NCBI GenBank assembly: GCA_965219575.1
Contig: OZ244779.1
Location: 2,060,769-2,124,768 of the forward strand
Direction: 5' to 3'
DNA from: Candidatus Oxydemutatoraceae bacterium
GTDB lineage: Bacteria > Pseudomonadota > Gammaproteobacteria > Poriferisulfidales > Oxydemutatoraceae
DNA: 64,000 nt
The notes below the pieces were generated by a model. The model worked only from the letters and a program-made list of their open reading frames with translations. It was not told where the DNA came from and made no database searches. Of this stretch, positions 1 to 8,747 are shown in pieces. Position 1 is the stretch's first letter, and every line of letters starts with the position of its first letter. The position numbers and the translations under genes were made by a program.

Positions 1-1860
1 TGCCATAATGCTTTCAATAACCGGGTTTTCGTTTGCAACCCTATACGGATTGGATCGGATTGTCGTCTCTTGTCCTATATTGTCTACGATCGTTACGTCC
101 AACCTATAAATCGTATCTGCGGCTCGGGCAGCATTAGACAATGGTATTGTATAGGTATCGCTGTTTGCTCCATTTATTATGAGATCATTTCTATACCACT
201 GATAGCTTGTCATGGCGATACCGTTCGCATCCTCTACCGTTGAAGTCTCGATAAGCAACTGCCATTGATCATTGCTATCCGACCCTATGATTATACTGCC
301 GGTCGGTTTCGCATCAACACTTACTGTCAGGGTTGTATCATCGCCGGCTAAACCTTCGCTATCGGTTGCGGTAAATGTGATTGTCGCTGTTCCGGCTTGA
401 CCGGCGGTTAGTGTGAAAGTGATATTCATGTTCGCTGCTATGTCGGGAATCTCCACCGGCATCACCGATACGACAGATTGGTTCGAAGACATTGCTGTCA
501 CATCGACTGTATCGTTCACATCAAAGTTTTGATCCTTCACTAATATCACAATATTCGCAGTACTCCCCGTTTCTATCGTCAGTGTCGACAAGAAAATAAT
601 CTCAAGGGTCGGAGCTTCGTTTTCATCAACGAGGGTAGGAAATTGAGTTGATGTTCCGAAATCCCACACCGACAAACTCCAATTACTATATATTCCGTTA
701 TTAGTCATGGGTGATGTGAGATTCCCGGCAGTTTGTCCTGCAGTATACGAAAGTGGCGAACCTGAACCTATATCGTTAAGCGTAGAACCTGTTGCTCTTA
801 GCCAATAGCTAAAGCTAATAGCATTTGACAAATTATTACCAACCAATCCGCCTACAAAAGAACGGGCACCTGTAACAGAACCCGTTGTATAACTATTCAT
901 AATAGGACTGTTGTTCAAACCGACTAAACCGCCTACATTAGAGTCGGTACCTTCAACAGAACCCGTCGCATAATTATTCATAATGGGGCTGGAATTCCCA
1001 CCGACCAAACCGCCTACATTGGAACGATCCCCGATAATGGAACCCGTCGCATAGCTACTCGTAATGGAGCCGCCAATACTTCCACCGACTAAACCGCCGG
1101 CCCCGGAGCCTACCGTTAGGTACCTGCCTGTAACAAAACCTGTGGCGTAGCTGTCTGTGATAGTCCCTCCGGCATTCCCACCGACTAAACCACCTACAAA
1201 AGAATCGGTTCCTGTGACGGAACATGTCGCATGACTATTCGTGATAGTGCCACCATCATTTCCACCGACCAAACCACCGACATCGGCAGAGGTTCCGGTA
1301 ACCGAACCTGTGGCATAGCTAGCCGTGATGACACCTTCACTCTCGCCGGCTAAACTACCCGCATAAGAAGGAGAAGTAGAAGTTCCTATGACATTTACAT
1401 TTAGCAAACCAATATCAGAAATTTCAGCCCCGCTTCCTACATAGCCGAACAAGCCTATGTGATCAATACTGCTGTTGATCATAAGGTTGGAAATAGTGTA
1501 GCCGTTGCCTTTGAACATTGCGTTGAAAGTATTAGACGAAGTTCCAATCGGTTGCCAGCCTGCTCCCGTAGTCCATCTGTTTCTATTGGCCGGGGCGTTG
1601 CGATAACTTGCATTATTGTTGAAGTCCAAGTGTCTCATCAACTCGTAGCCATTACAACCGTTCGTAGGACAACCCGTAGTAATCTCTACTCCACTTAACT
1701 GCAGACCACTGCCGTCCGGTTGACGGCGTACCGCATCCAAGTCTTCCAAATAATAAATCTCTATCAGACCATCGTCGTCGGTGTCTATGTCGGTGACAGT
1801 CTGCGCAGTAAGATTTGCACTGAATAGTGCAAGTAGAATAATCAACAAGAGGGTTTTCAT
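1..1860 (-). CDS. Secreted GLUG-motif repeat surface protein/adhesin-like, 3' end outside the window
   Basis: Not in the ORF track because it runs off the window. ATG at 1860 reads MKTLLLIILLALFSANLTAQ (signal peptide), then DTDDDGLIEI and GWQPIG, then tandem SYATGSVxG..VGGLVGxN repeats, followed by T/V/D-rich Ig/cadherin-like sequence. Confidence 0.8.
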   Translation of the reverse strand, partial: MKTLLLIILLALFSANLTAQTVTDIDTDDDGLIEIYYLEDLDAVRRQPDGSGLQLSGVEITTGCPTNGCNGYELMRHLDFNNNASYRNAPANRNRWTTGAGWQPIGTSSNTFNAMFKGNGYTISNLMINSSIDHIGLFGYVGSGAEISDIGLLNVNVIGTSTSPSYAGSLAGESEGVITASYATGSVTGTSADVGGLVGGNDGGTITNSHATCSVTGTDSFVGGLVGGNAGGTITDSYATGFVTGRYLTVGSGAGGLVGGSIGGSITSSYATGSIIGDRSNVGGLVGGNSSPIMNNYATGSVEGTDSNVGGLVGLNNSPIMNSYTTGSVTGARSFVGGLVGNNLSNAISFSYWLRATGSTLNDIGSGSPLSYTAGQTAGNLTSPMTNNGIYSNWSLSVWDFGTSTQFPTLVDENEAPTLEIIFLSTLTIETGSTANIVILVKDQNFDVNDTVDVTAMSSNQSVVSVMPVEIPDIAANMNITFTLTAGQAGTATITFTATDSEGLAGDDTTLTVSVDAKPTGSIIIGSDSNDQWQLLIETSTVEDANGIAMTSYQWYRNDLIINGANSDTYTIPLSNAARAADTIYRLDVTIVDNIGQETTIRSNPYRVANENPVIESIMA

Positions 1861-2004
1861 TTTTTAATAAATTATTACAGCTTTGCTAACCGGAATGACC
1901 TTGACTTTCCCCCCAAAATCAGCTTTATTCAAAATCTATATTGTAATAATAAAAATCTTTGTGTCAACTAAATATACGATGCTGTAAGCACAAAGTAGTA
2001 ATGT

Positions 2005-2298
2005 GGGGCTGTTGAAAAAGTACCGCTTTGCACGAATTCAACTGCTTTGCACCACATGTATGATAACCACAAAGTCGTAGGGGCAGACCTGTGTGTCTGC
2101 CCTTAAGTACCGTTCTGCACGACTGTAACCGATTGCGCCATTTGGTTTTGGTTTCCATAAATCGGGTGGATGAATGTATAAATCGTGCCGACCAGCACAT
2201 TACGGGCAGAATAGAGCCACCGATTGAGCCAGTAGGTCAACTGGCTATTCAATTGAAGTCCGCCCCTACATTTTATGGAATACTTTTTCAATAGCCCC
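2005..2298. mobile_element. MITE-like element with GGGGCTGTTGAAAAA terminal inverted repeats and internal GTAG REP palindromes
   Basis: Left end GGGGCTGTTGAAAAAG, right end CTTTTTCAATAGCCCC. Internal GTAGGGGCAGACCTGTGTGTCTGCCC. Flanks are ATGT/ATTT (imperfect 4-bp TSD). Confidence 0.8.
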
Positions 2299-2424
2299 AT
2301 TTTCCGGCGGAAAAAGTGCTTTTCTAGCGGAAAGATTAGGCTCTCAAGAGTCCAATATGTATCCGGCATTATACCGATACTAAATTTGGAGAAAACATCA
2401 AATTGATTAAATGTAGCATGGTTT

Positions 2425-2441
2425 CTTAAGAGTAACAAACT
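2425..2441 (+). other. Putative recombination (inversion) site A, CTTAAGAGTAACAAACT
   Basis: The identical 17-mer lies at the 5' end of all three porins. Similarity to porin 3 stops immediately upstream of it. Confidence 0.7.
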
Positions 2442-2466
2442 TACGCTTTTTCTGGTCGGACTGGCG

Positions 2467-3855
2467 ATGGTAGCAATGCCGTTTACTAATGCTTCCGCCG
2501 ATGCCCATGGCGAGACCTTTAACATCTACGGCTGGCAAAACTGGTCTTATGAGTTCGTTGACGCTGACGGTGTTGATGGCGATGGCGACCCCTTTAAACG
2601 CAACTTTGACCGTTTGAGTAATAATGCTGCGAATCTCGGATTCATGGCGCATATGGACACCGGTATTGAAGGTTTGCAAGTTGGTTTTCGTTGCGAACAG
2701 TTTACTTTCTTCGGACGCAGAAATGAATTCACCAACTGGTGTAACCGTAACTCCAAAATCAGCCTTCGCCATGAAACAATGGGTGAAATTATGTTCGCTC
2801 AGTGGCTACTGCCGTATAACGAAATCGTTGCCCAGTGGGTAGATCCTTTCTACGATGCCGGTGCCGATTCACACTCTAGTATTATGGGTAATATCGGTGG
2901 TGCTGCAGACCGTGCCGGTGGCTGGCTGAGTTCTCTGTTCTACAACGGTGGCTTTGACATCGATGAAGGTGATTTTACCAAGGAATATGGTGCGTTAGCG
3001 TTTAGCCGTCGTCAAGAAGGTATAGTCCAATATGTGTGGCCTAATACTTCGGCGATGGCGAGTCAAACCCGAGACGGTTTCCAATTCCGCTTTGCGATTA
3101 CATCAGGAGATGAGATTGAAAGAGTGGGTGCTGATACCCAGCGACTCACTGGTAGAGATGTTGATCCCCGCATCCTGTCCACCGGTGTTGCCTATCAACA
3201 CAATATGGGCAACAGCCAAATTTGGGTTGCTGCCGCTTATGAGCAACACGAGGATGTTAGTGCGGTCAACCTTGGTAGCAATTCCGATGAAGTAAATGAT
3301 TTGTACTGCGATGACTCAGACGACGAGGGCTATCGAATTGCCGGTCGCTATAAGTTCGATTGGGGCAACGGTCAGTCCACTTGGATTGCGGCGATGTATG
3401 AAACATTGGAATACGATGCAAGTTGTCAATTGGTAACACAGGTCGCTCGACCTGCTATGGGCAACAATCCTGCCACACCTACCATGTTTGGAGACACCGA
3501 TAACACTAATGCTCCCATTTGGTCCGGTGTTGAACGCGATGCATTTATGATTTCCGGCAAGCATGATTTCGGCAACAGTATAGATTTCCGCTTCTCGTAT
3601 ATGGATGCAGACGAGTGGGACTGTGATGCCGATGTTTGTAGAGCGGAAGACGAGCGAGACACCGATGCAGACGCAATCAATGTCGGCTTGTTCTACACGA
3701 TGCCGGCAGGCACCGAACTGCGTGCCACCTATTCCGAGGTCAGCAACGAAAACAACGCCGGTTACGACTTCGGCATTTATCCCGGTGCCAATGGTAATGC
3801 CATAGGTGGAGATATAGAAATGTTCGCCGTCGGTATAGTCCACTACTTCGACTAA
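2467..3855 (+). CDS. Outer-membrane porin paralogue 1, probably a silent cassette lacking the native start
   Basis: Porin-like features: FNIYG motif and C-terminal FAVGIVHYFD. The frame is open upstream as LKSNKLTLFLVGLA, but there is no ATG-AAA or RBS, and an in-frame TGA lies at 2404. Confidence 0.85.
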   Translation: MVAMPFTNASADAHGETFNIYGWQNWSYEFVDADGVDGDGDPFKRNFDRLSNNAANLGFMAHMDTGIEGLQVGFRCEQFTFFGRRNEFTNWCNRNSKISLRHETMGEIMFAQWLLPYNEIVAQWVDPFYDAGADSHSSIMGNIGGAADRAGGWLSSLFYNGGFDIDEGDFTKEYGALAFSRRQEGIVQYVWPNTSAMASQTRDGFQFRFAITSGDEIERVGADTQRLTGRDVDPRILSTGVAYQHNMGNSQIWVAAAYEQHEDVSAVNLGSNSDEVNDLYCDDSDDEGYRIAGRYKFDWGNGQSTWIAAMYETLEYDASCQLVTQVARPAMGNNPATPTMFGDTDNTNAPIWSGVERDAFMISGKHDFGNSIDFRFSYMDADEWDCDADVCRAEDERDTDADAINVGLFYTMPAGTELRATYSEVSNENNAGYDFGIYPGANGNAIGGDIEMFAVGIVHYFD

Positions 3856-3985
3856 ACCATTAAATTAAGAAAAACATATAGACACGGATGTCGCGGAAGC
3901 TTCCCTCCGATTGGAGGGAAGACTTCTGACCTTCCCCCAGTTCCTGGAGGCAAGGTCAAGTCCAATCGCTATGCGGATTAACGTC

Positions 3986-4819
3986 ATGATCATTTCACAT
4001 CAACTCAAAATTATATTTATAAAATGTAAAAAGGTTTCAGGGACATCATTTGAAATAGCACTTTCAAAGTACTGCGATCCCGACGATATAATTACCAGAT
4101 TGAAAGGGGAAGAAGAGGAAAGACGAATTTCTCGGGGGTTTACTAAAGCATCAAACAGTAAAACTTTGCTGGCTTTACAGGGAAAACTAATCATGGCGAA
4201 ATTAAGGATGCGTCCAGGCATAAATAATTGGTGCAAATATAGACCACATATGTCTCATTTAGGAGCATATGAAATTAAAGAAACATCCCCCCCCGATGTT
4301 TGGAATAATTACCTGAAAATAGCGATTATACGCAGCCCCTATCAAAAAGCTATTTCTTATTATTTCTGGAAGAAAAGATCTCAAAAACTAAAATTCGTAA
4401 ACAAAGATTTTGAACAATTTATATCTTTGACATGTCGTAGGCGTAAAAACAATCCGTTAATGGATTACGACTTGATACATATTGCCGGAAAGTCAGTTCT
4501 TGATTTTGTAATTAGATACGAAAATCTAGTCAAGGACATTTCAAAACTAGAAACCAAGATAGCCGTCCCCGGACTATTAGAAACATATCGGAGTATTGGT
4601 GCTAAAAGAAATATCCGTCCGGCAACGAGAACATCTCCTTACGAGGTATATCTGCGTTACCCCAAAGCAAAGCTAATGATAGATCAACTTTATCAGGAAA
4701 ATTACGATAAGTACGAATTATTAAGGAAATACTTTCCGATATATAAATCTGAGATGGAAAGTATTTTAAAAATGAACCCTATCAAAGACACAAACAGTGG
4801 AAAGCTTCCCTCCGAGTGA
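3986..4819 (+). CDS. Sulfotransferase family 2-like protein
   Basis: MIISH..IFIK..KVSGTS PAPS-binding start, IIRSPY and DFVIRYENL motifs. Paralogue of 54025..54753. The ORF track start at 3911 is probably too early. Confidence 0.7.
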   Translation: MIISHQLKIIFIKCKKVSGTSFEIALSKYCDPDDIITRLKGEEEERRISRGFTKASNSKTLLALQGKLIMAKLRMRPGINNWCKYRPHMSHLGAYEIKETSPPDVWNNYLKIAIIRSPYQKAISYYFWKKRSQKLKFVNKDFEQFISLTCRRRKNNPLMDYDLIHIAGKSVLDFVIRYENLVKDISKLETKIAVPGLLETYRSIGAKRNIRPATRTSPYEVYLRYPKAKLMIDQLYQENYDKYELLRKYFPIYKSEMESILKMNPIKDTNSGKLPSE

Positions 4820-4841
4820 TGTTGCCCCAAAAAACTGAGCT

Positions 4842-5660
4842 ATGAAAATACTTCGCTGCAAGCAATCAAAAGCGTTAAGGAATTGGATAAAGAACCGCGA
4901 GTTCAAGAAATACGAATCAACCGAATATTTGCTTAGTTATAAGAAAGGGCGGTCGACGAATAAACTTTATAAATTCCTGCTTGCCGATATTGACTGTCAG
5001 GTTATTATGAAAGTTTCCCAAATAAATAGACCTTTTGAATTGATATTAAAGCATTATTTACGGGATGCCAACCACATGGCTTTTCGTTGTTGCAAGAAAG
5101 CCTATTCCCATAATCTGGCGGCACCCGAACCTTTTGCTTATTGGAGAAAGCGCGATAGTTTGACACAAGTTAAGAGTTATTTTTTATATTAGTATATAGA
5201 GGCAGACTTTCAGGTTGGGGAGATATACGAGAAATAAGTAAAACCAAGCGTTATCGATTCAAAGCAAAAAAAGGCATTAATAAGACAAAAAATCATCAGT
5301 GCGCTTAAATCCCTTCATCGGCAAGGTATACGGCACGGAGATGTAGCAACGCATAATATATTGATGTCTGTCGAAAACACAGACAATTTATCAAGCGCAA
5401 GAGTTTATTTTATAGATTATGAAAAAGCCTCTCTTACTAAAATCAAATATCCGGCTTTTATTAGAAGATTTTTTGATCTAAGAGATTTACGCATAATGAC
5501 AATAGGCAATGCCTCACAGTACGATATGCTTAGGCTTTATTTAGGAAGCGATTATCACTCTTTATGGAATATGGTATTAACTTTTTGGCGGTGGGGGGGA
5601 TTTAATCCTTTCCGATGGCGTAATCCCGACACTCGTAAAATTAGAAAACACATGAGATAA
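4842..5660 (+). pseudogene. LPS/Kdo kinase-like (InaA/WaaP-type) gene broken by one in-frame TAG
   Basis: ORFs 4842..5192 and 5361..5660 are in the same frame. KSYFLY*YIE here matches KSYFLYRYID in the intact paralogue 15114..15938. HGD..HNI and YFIDY motifs lie after the stop. Confidence 0.8.
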
Positions 5661-5686
5661 AAGAAACCGCCGCCCGAAGGCGGCGG
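5658..5686 (-). terminator. Rho-independent terminator of porin 2
   Basis: CCGCCGCC-TTCG-GGCGGCGG hairpin followed by TTTCTTTT on the minus strand. Confidence 0.8.
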
Positions 5687-5751
5687 CTCGTGCTATCCCT
5701 AGCACTTGGTCATTCAATAAAATTTCATCCATGAAATCTATATATGGTATT

Positions 5752-7407
5752 TTAGTCGAAGTAGTGGACTATACCGACGGCGAACATTTCTACGTCCTCG
5801 GCTTCGTTATCATCGGGCACATTCCATAGGTTTGTGCTACCGATACCGAAGTCGTACCCTGAGTTCCTTTCGTTATCTACTTTTGAATAGGTTAAACGTA
5901 GTTCGGTACCTGCCGGCATTGTATAAAACACGCCGACGTTATAAGCCTGAGCGTCGGTATCTCTATCGAGAAAGTAATTGTCGTTTCTCATGCTTTCTGC
6001 GGTTGCGGTGTCATCTCCGACATTCGTGTGACTACGATTAGTGTTGTTAACACGCTGATTACCTGCGAAGCCACCTGCAAATCCTGCATACTCGCTATAA
6101 AAGCCGGGTTCGCCACAGACACCACCGGGACATTCCAAATCGTCGGCATCCATATACGAGAAGCGGATATCAAATCCGTTGCCGAAGCTATGCTTGCCGG
6201 AAATCATGAAAGAATCGCGTTCTACATCGCTCCAGAGCGTATTTATAGGTTGGAGAGATCTGTTCACACCGGTGACGGGGTCAACACGGTTGGTATTACC
6301 ATTATCTAGGTATGTCATACAACCATCGGCATCGTACTCTAATGTCTCAAACATGCCAGCAATCCATGTGGATTGACCGTTACCCCAGTCATGCTTATAA
6401 CGAGCTGCAACGCGATAGGCTTCGTCGTCCGAGTCTTGGCAGAAGACACCGGCACCGTATTGTTCATCGGGAAAACTAGTCGGGCGAGCAAGTTCACGAG
6501 CGGTAACATCTTCGTGTTTTTGATAAGCTACTGCAACCCAGATTTGATCGTTGCCCATATTATGTTGATACGATGCACCGGTTGACCAAATGCGAGGATC
6601 CAGTTCATAACCACCATTCTCTGGTGAGTCTGTATAGCCATCTAATGCCCTGTTCCCGAAATAAGCATTATAATAATTATCGCCGGTGTCGTCTCTGTCA
6701 GCCGCGTCAAAAGTATCTCGAACATCCAAATGTGCTTCATCATAAGCACCGGATGTCATCGCAAAACGGAACTGAAAACCGTCTCGGGTTTGACTTGCCA
6801 TAGCCGAAGTATTCGGCCAGACATACTGGATGATTTCTTCTTGGCGGCGATTAAAGCTCAGTGCGTATAGCCCTTCATAACTGAAGTCTGCCCCCGTACC
6901 TAGCGGGAAAGTGCCACCATTGTAGAAGACACCTCCGAAACCAACATTACCCATAATGCTGGTATGCGAATCGGCACCAGCATCGTAGAACGGATCTACC
7001 CACTGGGCGACGATCTCGTTATATGGCAATAGCCATTGACCGAGCATAATCTCACCCATCGTCTCATGACGAAGACTGATTTTAGAGTTACGATTACACC
7101 ACCCCGACGAAGTAAATCGGTTATGGAATGTAAATTGCTCACAACGAAAACCGACTTGCAGGCCCTGGATACCGGTATCCACATGCGCCATGAAGCCGAT
7201 ATTTGCCGCATTACCTTGAATGCGATCAAACTCTCTTTCATCGGCATGACCACTGAAATAACGATTGTTCTCAAAGGTTCGATCTGCTTCTACATATTCA
7301 TACGACCAGTTTTGCCAGCCGTATATGTTAATAGTCTCGCCATGACCAGCGGCGGAAGCATTAGTAAACGGCGTTGCCATCATCGCTAGCCCGACCAGAA
7401 AAAGCAT
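5752..7407 (-). CDS. Outer-membrane porin paralogue 2 with longer loops, probably a silent cassette
   Basis: Same conserved blocks and C-terminal FAVGIVHYFD. Upstream frame reads GTA-AAA-AAA-CTT-AAG instead of ATG-AAA-CTT-AAG, with an in-frame TAA at 7449 and no RBS. Confidence 0.85.
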   Translation of the reverse strand: MLFLVGLAMMATPFTNASAAGHGETINIYGWQNWSYEYVEADRTFENNRYFSGHADEREFDRIQGNAANIGFMAHVDTGIQGLQVGFRCEQFTFHNRFTSSGWCNRNSKISLRHETMGEIMLGQWLLPYNEIVAQWVDPFYDAGADSHTSIMGNVGFGGVFYNGGTFPLGTGADFSYEGLYALSFNRRQEEIIQYVWPNTSAMASQTRDGFQFRFAMTSGAYDEAHLDVRDTFDAADRDDTGDNYYNAYFGNRALDGYTDSPENGGYELDPRIWSTGASYQHNMGNDQIWVAVAYQKHEDVTARELARPTSFPDEQYGAGVFCQDSDDEAYRVAARYKHDWGNGQSTWIAGMFETLEYDADGCMTYLDNGNTNRVDPVTGVNRSLQPINTLWSDVERDSFMISGKHSFGNGFDIRFSYMDADDLECPGGVCGEPGFYSEYAGFAGGFAGNQRVNNTNRSHTNVGDDTATAESMRNDNYFLDRDTDAQAYNVGVFYTMPAGTELRLTYSKVDNERNSGYDFGIGSTNLWNVPDDNEAEDVEMFAVGIVHYFD

Positions 7408-7408
7408 A

Positions 7409-7425
7409 AGTTTGTTACTCTTAAG
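7409..7425 (-). other. Putative recombination site B, inverted relative to A and C
   Basis: AGTTTGTTACTCTTAAG is the reverse complement of the 17-mer. Confidence 0.7.
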
Positions 7426-7598
7426 TTTTTTTACGGTATAGCGAAGTTAAAATGAAATCGCCTTGCATTGCCGATAAGTTTATTGTCCTTTGTTTTATAG
7501 AGCAACAGCATAGGTATAATAAGCGTGCATTTGCTTATGGCAATTTATACAAATGAGGTTTTCCGACCTCATACTTATTAATAAAAGAGGATCATTAT

Positions 7599-8573
7599 AT
7601 GAAAGAAAAAACTATAGAGATTATGGAAAGATCCGGGCATACCGTCTCGGAGATGATAGACCGCTATATTAAAGAAGTCTCAATCATTCACCCCAACACC
7701 GTAAAAAATCAAGGTAGTCATCTGAAGTGGTGGCAACAAGAAATAGGACATTATCATTTGAGCAGTGTGAGACCTGCGGTGTTGATTGAATACCGAAAAA
7801 AATTATTATGCGAGGTGTGCTGTCGAGGGAAACCTCGTTCTACGGCGACGGTTAATCGCTATTTTTCTACATTGGGTCGTGTTTTTGCCGTTGCGATAAA
7901 AGAATGGGAATGGATGGAAAGTTCACCGTTGCAAAATATCTCCAAGCTGGAAGAGCCTGTCGGGCGCACTCGTTTTTTATCCGAGCAAGAAATCAGCCGC
8001 TTGTTAGATGCGTGTGCCTCTCTGAACCATCAAGATTTATATACTGCGGTTGTATTGGCGTTGAGCACTTGCGCTCGGCGTATGGAGATTATGTCTCTGC
8101 ATTGGCAACATGTAGACCTTGATCTTGGCGTTATCTATTTGCATAAGACTAAAAACAAAACCAGCCGTGCTGTTCCTCTGCAAGGTTATGCACTTGAGTT
8201 AATTCGCGCAAGGTATCAGTCGACGGTCGCTCTGTCGGCATTGGTATTTCCCAGCCGCTTAAAACCCAATCAGCCGGTTAGTCTCAGAACATCTTGGGAG
8301 AAAGCGTTATTGTTATCGGGCATCAAAGATTTTCGCTGGCACGATCTAAGGCATACCGGTGCATCTTATCTTGCAATGCAGGGTGCTTCATTGACGGAAC
8401 TATCTGAAATACTGGGACATAAAACATTGCAGATGGTTAAGCGTTATGCGCATCTCTCGTTACCACACACAATTCAAATTGTCGCCAGAATGAATCAAAC
8501 CCTTTTTGAAAAGTCGGTTAAAAACAAAAAATGGCTCAAAAACCGGCAAAATCCTTACAAATCCAGCAAATAA
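7599..8573 (+). CDS. Tyrosine site-specific recombinase (stand-alone, candidate invertase, Rci-like)
   Basis: Catalytic set: CARRMEI (R), KTKN (K), WHDLRHT (HxxR), LGHK, RYAH (Y). AAGAGG RBS. No phage genes nearby. Confidence 0.92.
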   Translation: MKEKTIEIMERSGHTVSEMIDRYIKEVSIIHPNTVKNQGSHLKWWQQEIGHYHLSSVRPAVLIEYRKKLLCEVCCRGKPRSTATVNRYFSTLGRVFAVAIKEWEWMESSPLQNISKLEEPVGRTRFLSEQEISRLLDACASLNHQDLYTAVVLALSTCARRMEIMSLHWQHVDLDLGVIYLHKTKNKTSRAVPLQGYALELIRARYQSTVALSALVFPSRLKPNQPVSLRTSWEKALLLSGIKDFRWHDLRHTGASYLAMQGASLTELSEILGHKTLQMVKRYAHLSLPHTIQIVARMNQTLFEKSVKNKKWLKNRQNPYKSSK

Positions 8574-8622
8574 AATGTGTTGCTGAAAAACAACACTATT
8601 TGCCGGAATAGTTACTTTTTTA

Positions 8623-8651
8623 TTGAATTATCGGTTAGACAAAACTATAAT
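8623..8651 (+). promoter_or_regulatory. Sigma70-type promoter for the expressed porin
   Basis: TTGAAT-17 bp-TATAAT. RBS AAAGGAG at 8733-8739 precedes ATG 8748. Confidence 0.7.
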
Positions 8652-8747
8652 CTATCCCAATTAAGTAAACCTAGTGTTGTTTATATGGTACTAACTAAGT
8701 CATTAGCTATGCTGTTCACAACACATTAACATAAAGGAGAAAATTTT

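Noticed and set aside
1964-2525. Short ORFs with recurring peptides such as YTFIHPIYGNQNQMAQ (also near 23793, 34254, 38882, 58439)
   Set aside because: They are translations of the MITE modules in varying frames and strands, with no consistent start or RBS.
5190-5192. Recoded TAG (readthrough or alternative genetic code)
   Set aside because: TAG serves as a normal stop elsewhere (e.g. RDD, scpB), so a single nonsense mutation is the simpler explanation.
7599-8573. Prophage or genomic-island integrase
   Set aside because: There are no phage, excisionase or conjugation genes and no adjacent tRNA/att pair. Its position between inverted 17-bp sites fits an invertase better.
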